A stretch of 63,553 nucleotides of DNA, filler included. It is 5 parts of 5 records of this genome, joined end to end, with 100 filler letters (N's around TTAATTAATTAA, not from the genome) between each part and the next. Parts side by side here need not be neighbours in the genome. Positions count along the whole stretch, not along the records: positions 17,202 to 34,583 come from SRR20825006_3075; 4 more parts are not named here. One strand, given 5' to 3'. The position numbers were made by a program, and so were the translations under genes. Positions 19,665-27,619 of this stretch are shown here, piece after piece (position 1 is the stretch's first letter; each line of letters begins with the position of its first letter). Under the pieces are notes generated by a model. That model was not told the origin of the DNA and did no database searches. It saw nothing but the letters and a program-made list of their open reading frames with translations.

Positions 19665-21013
19665 TCTTCCGTGTCCTCGCTTGTTGTGGGACCGACGAGC
19701 GCCTCGATGTCGAGGCGTGCGTCGAGGTATTCCTGTCTGTTTTGGAGTTCGCGCGCTTCCGCTTCGAGCAACTTCGCGCGCCCCATCGAGGCGGTCACGA
19801 GATCGATCTCGCCTTCCTCATAGGCACGCAGCAGCAGCGCGAGGTTGGCGTCGATTTCAGGAGAGACGAGTTCGCGATAGAGCCTGGATTGTTCGCGCGC
19901 GCTCTCGGCGCGCGCGTGCGCCGCGGTCAGGTGTCTCGAGAGCTCGGCGAGTGTTTGATCATGTCGCGCGGAGGTCGCCACGATGGAGGCTTCGGCGCGC
20001 GCGATGTTGCCCTGGTTGCGGTTCCAGAGCTGGATGGGGAGGGCGATAAACAGAACGTTCACAGCCTCTCCAACGCGGATGCCGTTACGCTCGTGCGCGT
20101 ACCCGAAGGTGATGTCCTGGCGCGCCTCTTTCGTGGCGAGCGTGAGCGCGCTCGAGGCGCGCTCCTGCTCACTGCGCAACCTGGCGAGCTCCGGGTTCGA
20201 TGTCTTCGCGCGGTCGATCAGCGTCGTGAGCGGCGGCAGCTCGGCGGGTTCTGGCAACTCCGGCGTGAGCGAGCCGAGCGCATCTTCGGGGAGCCCCGCG
20301 GCCAACGCGAGCAGTGTGCGTTCGGTTTGGAGCGCGCGCTCTGCGCGCGCGACCTGTTGTTGCCACGTCGCGACATCAGTTCGAGCGACCAACAGGCTCG
20401 CTTTTCCAACCTCGCCGACTTCGACGCGGCGCGCTTCGATGCGCGCGATCTCTCTGGAGAACGCGAGCGACTCGTTGGCGAGCTCGAGCTCTCGGGCGCG
20501 CATGGCGAGCGCGTGATAGTGGGCGATGAGCGTGGCGCGTGTCTGCCAGCAGAGCCCTGCCTTCGTGGCTCTGGCCGCGTTGATTGTCTGCTCTGCGAGG
20601 TCCTCGCGAGCGGCGCGTTGCCCATTGATTTCGACGCGTTGCTGGATGTTGAGGCGCGCGCTGGGGCCGAACTCATCCGGCGCTCTGTAGACGCCGCCGC
20701 CGATCTGAACCCTGGGGTTGTAAGGGCTTCGGATCGCGGCCGCGGCGCGCTCGGCGCGCGCGGTTTCGAGGCTCGCTCCGGCGCTCGAGAGAAGCGGGGA
20801 GCGCTGCCTGGCTTGCTCGAGCAAGCTCGCCAACTCTGGGTTGTCATGCCTTGCAAACGAAGCATCGCACAGCTCGCGCGTATCCTTATCCCTGGCGCTC
20901 GCGATATCTGGAAGGCAGAGCACGAGCACCGATAACACCAGACACGACAATGTTTTACTATTTGTAATAGTAGTTCGAGTCGTGGCTCGAGCAGAGGAGG
21001 GTGTCTGTTTCAT
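19661..21013 (-). CDS. czcC: TolC/CzcC outer-membrane efflux protein
   Basis: Signal peptide, LPIQLWNRNQGNI and AYEEGEID motifs; translationally coupled to czcB. Confidence 0.88.
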   Translation of the reverse strand: MKQTPSSARATTRTTITNSKTLSCLVLSVLVLCLPDIASARDKDTRELCDASFARHDNPELASLLEQARQRSPLLSSAGASLETARAERAAAAIRSPYNPRVQIGGGVYRAPDEFGPSARLNIQQRVEINGQRAAREDLAEQTINAARATKAGLCWQTRATLIAHYHALAMRARELELANESLAFSREIARIEARRVEVGEVGKASLLVARTDVATWQQQVARAERALQTERTLLALAAGLPEDALGSLTPELPEPAELPPLTTLIDRAKTSNPELARLRSEQERASSALTLATKEARQDITFGYAHERNGIRVGEAVNVLFIALPIQLWNRNQGNIARAEASIVATSARHDQTLAELSRHLTAAHARAESAREQSRLYRELVSPEIDANLALLLRAYEEGEIDLVTASMGRAKLLEAEARELQNRQEYLDARLDIEALVGPTTSEDTEE

Positions 21014-21031
21014 GGGAGGGTACCTGTGAGG

Positions 21032-22081
21032 TTAGCCGAGCGGCAGGAGGTTCAGGAGTTGATGGAGCTCGATGCAGAGCAGCGAAGAGGAGAGGTGCGG
21101 CTGCAACGCGAAGATCGCGAGCATGGGAACGCTTGTAAAGAGCGTGAGCTGTGATGGCGTCGAGAGCGCCTGTTTGTCTGTGTCTGGCTCGCTCGCCATG
21201 GCGAGCAACGCGTGTACGCGCGCTTCGATCAGGGTCTTCTGGTAGCTGCCGCCAAGGTGCGCGGCGAGCGTATGGCCGGTGGCTCTTGCTCGCTGGTGCC
21301 TGGAGACCTTGATGATGGCGCCAGCGAGGGCGAGCGGGTCTGCGCCGCGAAGGTGCGCGAGGCGGTCGCTCGCGAGCTCTCTCGTGGCGTGCCAGCGCGC
21401 GAAGTCGACCTCGAGCAAACTCGCCAATGGGTTGAGCGCGCGGGCTGTCAGCAGCAATAAGAAGAGGAGCGGATCGAGCGCGCGAGCGTGCTCGGCCTCG
21501 TGCAACAGGGCGGCGCGAAGCTCCACATCAGAGAGCTCGTCGAGCAGGTGCACGCAGCATTCGATACGAGGTCGAAAGAGCCCCAGCGTGCATAACCTCC
21601 CGCACTCGCCATCGGTCAAGAGGATGCGCGCTCGCCACGTGGCGAGCGCGGGCTCTTCGTCGATGATGGCGAAGAGGTCCTTGTAGGCGGAGTGATTCGC
21701 GGGCAGGTGCCGAACGCTCGAGCGATGCTTCGTGTCGCGCCAGAGCCTGCGTCCAATGGCGAGCGCGCAGAGCGCGCTCAGTCCCACGGTGAGCACGAGC
21801 GCGTCCTGGCAAAAGCCGCCAGCGCTCGTGCAGAGCTCGACCACGGATTTCGCGGTCGCGGCGTGCGCGGCGCTCGAGATGAACCAGAGCCAGGGGCCGA
21901 GCGCAGGCGTCAGGAGCAGCGCGTAGCGCACCCACGAGAAGCGCTGGTCGAGGTCGACCCTGGTTCGCATCAGGCGCAGTGATAAGGCGCTGATCAGCGT
22001 CAGGATGGCGATGATCGCCAGGCAGAGCGCGAGCCCTGTCGTCGCCTCGAGCGCCGGGAGGAGGTGAGGAGACGCGATCAT
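21032..22081 (-). CDS. M56/BlaR1-like membrane zinc metalloprotease without a penicillin-binding domain
   Basis: GLFRPRI, LHEAEH (HExxH), RELASD; several TM segments; coupled to the BlaI gene. Confidence 0.85.
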   Translation of the reverse strand: MIASPHLLPALEATTGLALCLAIIAILTLISALSLRLMRTRVDLDQRFSWVRYALLLTPALGPWLWFISSAAHAATAKSVVELCTSAGGFCQDALVLTVGLSALCALAIGRRLWRDTKHRSSVRHLPANHSAYKDLFAIIDEEPALATWRARILLTDGECGRLCTLGLFRPRIECCVHLLDELSDVELRAALLHEAEHARALDPLLFLLLLTARALNPLASLLEVDFARWHATRELASDRLAHLRGADPLALAGAIIKVSRHQRARATGHTLAAHLGGSYQKTLIEARVHALLAMASEPDTDKQALSTPSQLTLFTSVPMLAIFALQPHLSSSLLCIELHQLLNLLPLG

Positions 22082-22509
22082 GCCTTCTTCAACTCCTCGC
22101 GTTTGCGAGCGATGAGCGCCTCGAGGTGATCGAGCTGCGCGCTGTCTGCCTGTGAGACCTCGTCGACGAGCAGCGCGATGGCTGCCTCGTGGCCGAGGTC
22201 ATCGAGGCTATCGAGGACCTCTCTGGCGATGTGCGCGTGGAACTCGGCCTGCGTCATCGAGGGCGCGTAGAGGAAGCGGCGACCATCTTTCTTTCGCTCG
22301 AGCAAGCCCTTGTCATGGAGGCGCTTCATGGTGGTCATGACGGTGGTGTAGGCGAGCTCGCGTTGGTCGGCCAGCCCATCCTTGACGCAGTTGACCGAGT
22401 GCCACTCCTTGCCACAACACGACCAGATGTTCTCCATGATGAGCGCCTCCAGATCGTAGAGCGAGGCGCGGAGCCCCTCTTTCTCTGGCCTGATCCTGAT
22501 TCCTTTCAT
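22078..22509 (-). CDS. BlaI/MecI/CopY family repressor
   Basis: LEALIMENIW, LAYTTVMTTMKRL..KGLL.R....RRFLY; start at ATG 22509 with AAGGAG RBS. Confidence 0.92.
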   Translation of the reverse strand: MKGIRIRPEKEGLRASLYDLEALIMENIWSCCGKEWHSVNCVKDGLADQRELAYTTVMTTMKRLHDKGLLERKKDGRRFLYAPSMTQAEFHAHIAREVLDSLDDLGHEAAIALLVDEVSQADSAQLDHLEALIARKREELKKA

Positions 22510-22548
22510 CGCTCTCGCTCCTTTCTGTTCCAGGTCCCGGTGCAGGTG

Positions 22549-22591
22549 ACTACTAACGCTGATAGTAGAAACTACTAGCGTGGATAGTAGT
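22549..22591. promoter_or_regulatory. Tandem palindromic operators, probably for the BlaI-family repressor
   Basis: CTACTA-N7-TAGTAG twice (22550-22568 and 22572-22590), 22-bp period, 40-80 bp upstream of the repressor start. Confidence 0.75.
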
Positions 22592-22729
22592 AAGGTTTTC
22601 AAAACAGAAGTCAAGCACAAGAAGAGACGCCACCCTTTGCAATCCTTGGCGGTTGGGAGTAACACACTGCTTCGATGCAAGGACGCTGCGCTCCTCCAAA
22701 CAGCGCGCCAGGGAATGAGGTTGCTTTCG

Positions 22730-23494
22730 ATGGGGTACTTCGACGCGGTCAAGAAGGTTTATCGCGACTCGCTAAAACCGAACGACATCTTCTGGAACGT
22801 GTACGTGGCCAGACCGCTGGCGGCGCCGCTGGTGCTGTTGCTCTCGCGCACATCGATCACGCCCAACCAGGTCACGCTCATGGGCGCGGTGGTGTTCATG
22901 GGCGTGATCGCGAGCCTGATCCTCGTGCCGGATTGGCAAGGAATGCTGCTCGCGGCCTTTGTCCTCGAGCTCGCCTACATCTTTGACTGCGCCGACGGTC
23001 AGCTCGCGCGCATCACCAAAAAGACCTCCATGGTCGGCGCCTACCTCGACTTCCTGATCGACGAATTCAAGGCGCTCGGCCTGGTCGCCGCGTTCAGCGT
23101 CCGGCTCTGGATCGAGTGGGATCGCCAGGAGTGGTTGATCGTCGGCCTGATCGGCGTGTGCATGGTCGCGGTGGCGACATCGCTGACGACGTTCGTGCGT
23201 CGCCCCGAGTACGCCGGTGTCGAGGTCAAGCCAGGCGTCCAGCATAAACAGGAGATCCCGAAATCGATGGTCGGCAAGGTCGTCTGGCTGATGAAGTCTG
23301 TGGCCAAGTGGCTCGTGCACTACCCCTCGTGGTTTGTCTACCTGGCCTTGATCGATATCCTCGAGGTCGTGCCTGGATCGATCGTGTTTTTGGCGCTCTA
23401 CCTTGGCGTCTACGCGCTCTACATCGCGCAGACAGGGCTTGGCATCTTGCTAAAGCTCGGGCGCGCGTCCTATTACGACAACCAGGCTGACTGA
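22730..23494 (+). CDS. CDP-alcohol phosphatidyltransferase family protein
   Basis: ITPNQVT and D..DG.LAR......G..LD...D signature. Confidence 0.92.
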   Translation: MGYFDAVKKVYRDSLKPNDIFWNVYVARPLAAPLVLLLSRTSITPNQVTLMGAVVFMGVIASLILVPDWQGMLLAAFVLELAYIFDCADGQLARITKKTSMVGAYLDFLIDEFKALGLVAAFSVRLWIEWDRQEWLIVGLIGVCMVAVATSLTTFVRRPEYAGVEVKPGVQHKQEIPKSMVGKVVWLMKSVAKWLVHYPSWFVYLALIDILEVVPGSIVFLALYLGVYALYIAQTGLGILLKLGRASYYDNQAD

Positions 23495-23531
23495 TTCTCA
23501 CTCCCCCTATCCCCACACCTGCGAGTATCTC

Positions 23532-24281
23532 ATGCGCGCCATTATCATCGCCGCCGGCCGAGGCTCTCGCCTCGAACACCACACCGACGCTTGCCCCAAA
23601 TGCATGGTCGAGATCAACGGGCGCTCGATCCTCTCGTTTCAGCTCGAGGCGTTCGAGGCAAACGGCGTCGATGATTTGCACGTCGTGCGAGGTTACCTCT
23701 CGGACAAGCTCACGGTCTCTGGCGCGACCTATTACGAGAACGAGGTGTGGGAGCAGAACAACATCCTGCACTCGCTCTTTTGCGCCGAGGATGCGTTCGC
23801 AGGGCCGTTGCTGACGACATATTCGGACATCGTTTACACGCCACAGGTCGTGGAGAAGCTGCTCGCCACGACGCATGATATCGCGCTCGTCGTGGACGCG
23901 GACTGGGCAAAGACCTACGTGGGGCGAGATGATCATCCGGTCGAACAGGCCGAGCTCTGCGAGGCTGATGGGGAGTTTGTCACGCAGGTCGGCAAGTGGG
24001 TTGGGCCCGAGGCGACGATCGGCGAGTTCATCGGGTTGGCGTATTACTCTGAGGAGGGGGCGAGGCAGTTGTTGGAGATCTGGCGCGATCTTCGCGCCAA
24101 CCTCGGCGATGACGAACCTTTCCGACACGCCGAGCGCTTCCGAAAGGCATACCTCGCCGACCTCTTCAACGAGGCGATCGCGCGCGGCGTCAAGATTGGC
24201 TTTGTTCAGATCGAGGGTGGCTGGCGCGAGATCGACACTGTTCAGGACCTCGAGCGATTGAGCGCGCAGGGCTCTGTCTGA
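23532..24281 (+). CDS. Phosphocholine/sugar-phosphate cytidylyltransferase (LicC-like NTP transferase)
   Basis: IIAAGRGSRL......PKC, YSDIVY and WREIDT..DL motifs. Confidence 0.88.
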   Translation: MRAIIIAAGRGSRLEHHTDACPKCMVEINGRSILSFQLEAFEANGVDDLHVVRGYLSDKLTVSGATYYENEVWEQNNILHSLFCAEDAFAGPLLTTYSDIVYTPQVVEKLLATTHDIALVVDADWAKTYVGRDDHPVEQAELCEADGEFVTQVGKWVGPEATIGEFIGLAYYSEEGARQLLEIWRDLRANLGDDEPFRHAERFRKAYLADLFNEAIARGVKIGFVQIEGGWREIDTVQDLERLSAQGSV

Positions 24282-24293
24282 CAGACAACGTGC

Positions 24294-24322
24294 TTTTCAA
24301 GCAGACTCGAAGCGTTTAGGGT
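24294..24322 (+). promoter_or_regulatory. Possible sigma70 promoter of the tRNA-like RNA
   Basis: TTTTCA-N17-TAGGGT ending 4 nt before the 5' strand of the closing stem. Confidence 0.4.
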
Positions 24323-24326
24323 TGTC

Positions 24327-24448
24327 CCTGGCGGCCATGGGCATGCTTACTTTCACACTGATAATGCAGGTTCGAGTCCTGCCGTGCCTTCGGGCACGTC
24401 GTCTAATGGTCAGGACATCAGATTACAGTGTGTCCGATTTCCGCCAGG
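24327..24448 (+). ncRNA. yrlA: YrlA-type Y RNA: circularly permuted tRNA-like module (T arm, closed acceptor stem, D arm) inside a long closing stem
   Basis: T arm GCAGG-TTCGAGT-CCTGC (24366-82); acceptor CGTGCC-TTCG-GGCACG (24383-98); D arm GTCT-AATGGTCA-GGAC (24401-16); CTGAT/ATCAG stem; outer helices GGGCATGC/GTGTGTCC and CCTGGCGG/CCGCCAGG; GTCCGA motif on the 3' strand. Confidence 0.85.
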
Positions 24449-24457
24449 TTATTAAAG

Positions 24458-24501
24458 ACGCGCCGGTTTTTTCATCGAAAAAACCGGCGCGTTTTGTTTT
24501 T
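24458..24501 (+). terminator. Intrinsic terminator after the tRNA-like RNA
   Basis: Perfect 16-bp stem ACGCGCCGGTTTTTTC-atc-GAAAAAACCGGCGCGT followed by TTTGTTTTT. Confidence 0.88.
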
Positions 24502-24572
24502 GACGCGGCTAAAGCCCGCCCGGATGTGATCCGATGCTCGGGAGGTGGGGACACCTGAGATTGGAGCAGATC

Positions 24573-25325
24573 ATGTCAAAAGCAATGCGGCGTCACCGAC
24601 GCCTGAGCGCGCGAATCCCAGTGCGTGTTTCGACCGCAAATCAGTGGACCTTCGAGACGGTGACAGGAGATGTCTCCGTCTCGGGGATGTTTTTGGCCGC
24701 GCCCGATTTTCCCGCGCACGTCAGCCGGATCGTGGTCGAGTGCCTCTTGCCTGATCGCCTGGACACGGTGGTGATGCGGGCGCGCGTCGCGCGCCGCACC
24801 AGCGAGGGGATCGGCGTCGAGCTGATGGGTGGTTGTATGGATGGGGATGTCGAGCGCTGGTCTCGTTTTATCGCCATGACGCAATCGCATGACGCGGCGA
24901 ACGCGTGGAGTCGAGATGGGCAAACGACCGATGTCTTCATCGAGCACGCGTTGAGGTTCGATTCGATCGAGGCGATCGACGAGTTTCAACAGATCGATCT
25001 CTATATGGGAGGCTTCTTCTTGCAGACGCGCGCGCCGCTCGCGGTGGGAGATCATATCAAGCTCACGATCGTGCACCCGATCGATGGCTCGCGTTTTGTG
25101 ATCCCGGTGAGCGTGACGCGGCGTGTGCTCGGAGAAGAGATGGGGGTTTGCGTGGCGTTCCCGAGCGATCTCGACAGGCTCGGCAAGAAGCTCGAGGTCT
25201 TTATCGAGCGCGGCGTCCCGGAGCTCTCGCTCGACGAGCTGACCGACCCCGACCTGTTTGTTCGCGAAGAGGCGACGACGCCACACGTTCGAGCACCGGG
25301 CGCCATGCTCAGAAGTGCTCTCTAG
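24573..25325 (+). CDS. Tandem PilZ-domain protein
   Basis: RRHRR (RxxxR) and DVSVSG (D/NxSxxG); second PilZ-like domain (DL..GGFFLQT..PL.VG). Confidence 0.8.
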   Translation: MSKAMRRHRRLSARIPVRVSTANQWTFETVTGDVSVSGMFLAAPDFPAHVSRIVVECLLPDRLDTVVMRARVARRTSEGIGVELMGGCMDGDVERWSRFIAMTQSHDAANAWSRDGQTTDVFIEHALRFDSIEAIDEFQQIDLYMGGFFLQTRAPLAVGDHIKLTIVHPIDGSRFVIPVSVTRRVLGEEMGVCVAFPSDLDRLGKKLEVFIERGVPELSLDELTDPDLFVREEATTPHVRAPGAMLRSAL

Positions 25326-25483
25326 GAGTACGCGTTCCAGGGGCTTCTCTTGACCATATTCTCATAGCCGTTACTCTCTCTGGCACACGCCGCGAGGCGT
25401 GTTCACGTATTTGTCACATTTGTAATTCTCGCGCCCGGTTCTTCGGGGGCGAGATTTTGGGGAGAGAAGAGAGGCCATTCGCT

Positions 25484-26725
25484 ATGACGACTGAGAAGCC
25501 ATGGGCAGAGAGCATGCCCGAAGAGCAGTTCCAATTTATGCGTAAGATCCTCGCTGCACCGAGCCCTGTGGGCTTTGAAGGAGCGATGACTTACGGGGTC
25601 CTGCGTCCTTTCTTCGAGGAGATCTCGAGGGAGGGGTGGGGGGTTCACCAATTCACGGGGAACGCCGGGCTCGTGCTCGACACGCACCCAGGCCGCGATG
25701 ACATGCTCACGGTGATGCTGATCGGGCACGCGGACAAGATCCGCATGCAGGTCCGAAGCATCGGTGAGGATGGCAAGATCTGGATCGACTCGGACTCGTT
25801 CCTCCCTAACGTCTTGATCGGTCACGAGGTCCTGCTCTTTAGCCAGGACCCTGACAACCTCGGTACCTGGCGCGTCCTGGAGGGGGGCACGGTCGAGGCG
25901 CTCGGCGCGATCCACTTCGCCGACGCCGAGACGCGCACGGGTTCCAAGGGGATCACCAAGAAGATGCTCTATCTGGAGCTGCAAGTGCACGGTGAGAATC
26001 GCCGCGAGCAGGTCGAGAAGCTCGGCATCCGCGCTGGCGATCCGATCGTGTTCGATCGCCCGATCCGCCGCGGGTTCTCGCCGGACACCTTCTATGGCGC
26101 CTACCTCGACAACGGCCTCGGCTGCTTTGTCACCGCAGAGGTCGCGCGCGCTCTCTCGCAGCGTGGCGGCACCGATAACGTCCGCGTCCTCTTCACCATC
26201 GCCTCGCACGAGGAGATCGGCAGGATGGGGAGCCGCGTCGCAGCGGGCGAGTTCAAGCCCGATGTGATCGTGGGCATCGACGTCAACCACGACTACGAAG
26301 CCGCTCCCGGCGTCGGCGATCGCCGCCTCAACCCGCTCAAGATGGGCAAGGGGATGACGCTCACCTCCGGGTCGATCACGAGCGAGTACCTCAACGCGCG
26401 CATCGAGCAAGCCGCCAAGAACGCTGGCGTGCCTGTCCAGAAGGCTGTCACCGGCCGCGACACGGGTACCGACGCGATGGCAGGCGTGTTCGCCGCCATC
26501 GACGCCGCGGCGACCTCGATCGGGTTCCCGATCCGCAACATGCACACTATCTCCGAGACGGGTCACACCGGTGACGTGCTCGCGGCGGTGTGGGCCATGG
26601 TTCACACGATCGAGGAGATGGATCGCGACAAGGTCACGGTCGACGACTTCAAGAACGGGCACGTTCGCCTCGACAACATCGAGCGCATTCACCCCTACGT
26701 CGCCCCCGAGAGCGACGAAGAGTGA
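25484..26725 (+). CDS. M42/M20 family metallo-aminopeptidase
   Basis: SPVGFE, GHADKI, LDNGLG, HEEIG, DVNH, GTDA and RNMHT metal-ligand motifs; start set at ATG 25484. Confidence 0.9.
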   Translation: MTTEKPWAESMPEEQFQFMRKILAAPSPVGFEGAMTYGVLRPFFEEISREGWGVHQFTGNAGLVLDTHPGRDDMLTVMLIGHADKIRMQVRSIGEDGKIWIDSDSFLPNVLIGHEVLLFSQDPDNLGTWRVLEGGTVEALGAIHFADAETRTGSKGITKKMLYLELQVHGENRREQVEKLGIRAGDPIVFDRPIRRGFSPDTFYGAYLDNGLGCFVTAEVARALSQRGGTDNVRVLFTIASHEEIGRMGSRVAAGEFKPDVIVGIDVNHDYEAAPGVGDRRLNPLKMGKGMTLTSGSITSEYLNARIEQAAKNAGVPVQKAVTGRDTGTDAMAGVFAAIDAAATSIGFPIRNMHTISETGHTGDVLAAVWAMVHTIEEMDRDKVTVDDFKNGHVRLDNIERIHPYVAPESDEE

Positions 26726-26934
26726 GCGCGTCGTGAACCTCCAGGCGATCGCTTATCGATCGGGTCTCGCTTCGCGCTCCCCTTGTCCGCTGTGAAATGG
26801 CGGCTACAATAGGAGTATGCGAAGCCGACCTCTGGAGCGTTCTCTGAACACACGACACGATGAGGGGCGGTGCGAGTAAATCAGAGCGTTCGATGCAAAC
26901 CTTATCGAGCGCTCTCTTTTCAGGAGTTTCGACC

Positions 26935-27549
26935 ATGGCGTCAGAAGAAACCGAAGATCGTACAATGATGCTGACCCTGCTTATCGGGGGCGGCTTCCTC
27001 GCGTTTTGCGTGTTGGGGATCGCTGTTGGCGGTGGCTTGCTCTACGCGAACACGCAGGAGTCATCGAACGGCTCGGCCAAACCTTCTGTCACGGTGGGCG
27101 CGCTCACCAATGGCGGATCGATCGACACCAGCGCGCTGACGGGCGCCGCGGGGAACGACTACAAGCCGACCAGCTCCTACGTCGAAGAGGGCGCGGATAG
27201 CGATGTCATGGTGATGGGATTTAACGAGGGTGACGGCGGCACAAACGGCAAGGCCACGACCCTGTCTGATAACGCCGTCCAGAACACCATCAACAACCAT
27301 CAAAATGACCTCATCCAGTGCTACGCCGAGGGGCTCGAGGACAACCCTGATATCCAGGGGCGCGTCGACTTCCACTTCCGCATCGCGGGCGATGGACACG
27401 TGGCCATGGTCAAGGTCACGCGCTCTGGTCTCGAGGACAAGGCGACCGAGGATTGCTTCGTGCGCTCGGCCAGAGGTTGGAAGTTCCCCTCCACAGGAGG
27501 AGAGGCGATGACCAAGTTCGACACGAACTTTAACTTTGTCTTCGAGTGA
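26935..27549 (+). CDS. Membrane protein with AgmX/PglI (TonB C-terminal-like) domain
   Basis: N-terminal TM, IQCY..GL..NP..QGRV.F.F.I..DG.V and C......WKFP motifs; CAGGAG RBS. Confidence 0.8.
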   Translation: MASEETEDRTMMLTLLIGGGFLAFCVLGIAVGGGLLYANTQESSNGSAKPSVTVGALTNGGSIDTSALTGAAGNDYKPTSSYVEEGADSDVMVMGFNEGDGGTNGKATTLSDNAVQNTINNHQNDLIQCYAEGLEDNPDIQGRVDFHFRIAGDGHVAMVKVTRSGLEDKATEDCFVRSARGWKFPSTGGEAMTKFDTNFNFVFE

Positions 27550-27619
27550 TTCTTTCGTGCGCTGGCTCTCATGACACCGGGCAAGGTCTCCTCGTCCGGT
27601 GTTTTTTTATGGTCGTCTC

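Noticed and set aside
24351-24357. Reading TT-TCA-CA as a UCA (Sec/opal suppressor) anticodon loop
   Set aside because: It would put a pyrimidine at position 37, and there is no long variable arm. The CTTTCAC (Glu) register fits the D arm and variable region better.
24322-24558. 78-aa ORF over the tRNA-like RNA
   Set aside because: No RBS or protein motif, and it runs through a strong terminator. The RNA structure explains the sequence.
24905-25483. N-terminal 193-aa extension of the M42 peptidase (similar extensions on typA, BlaI, the LLM oxidoreductase and proC)
   Set aside because: ORF-caller artefacts that overlap neighbouring genes. Family homology starts at the downstream start codons, several of which have a clear RBS.
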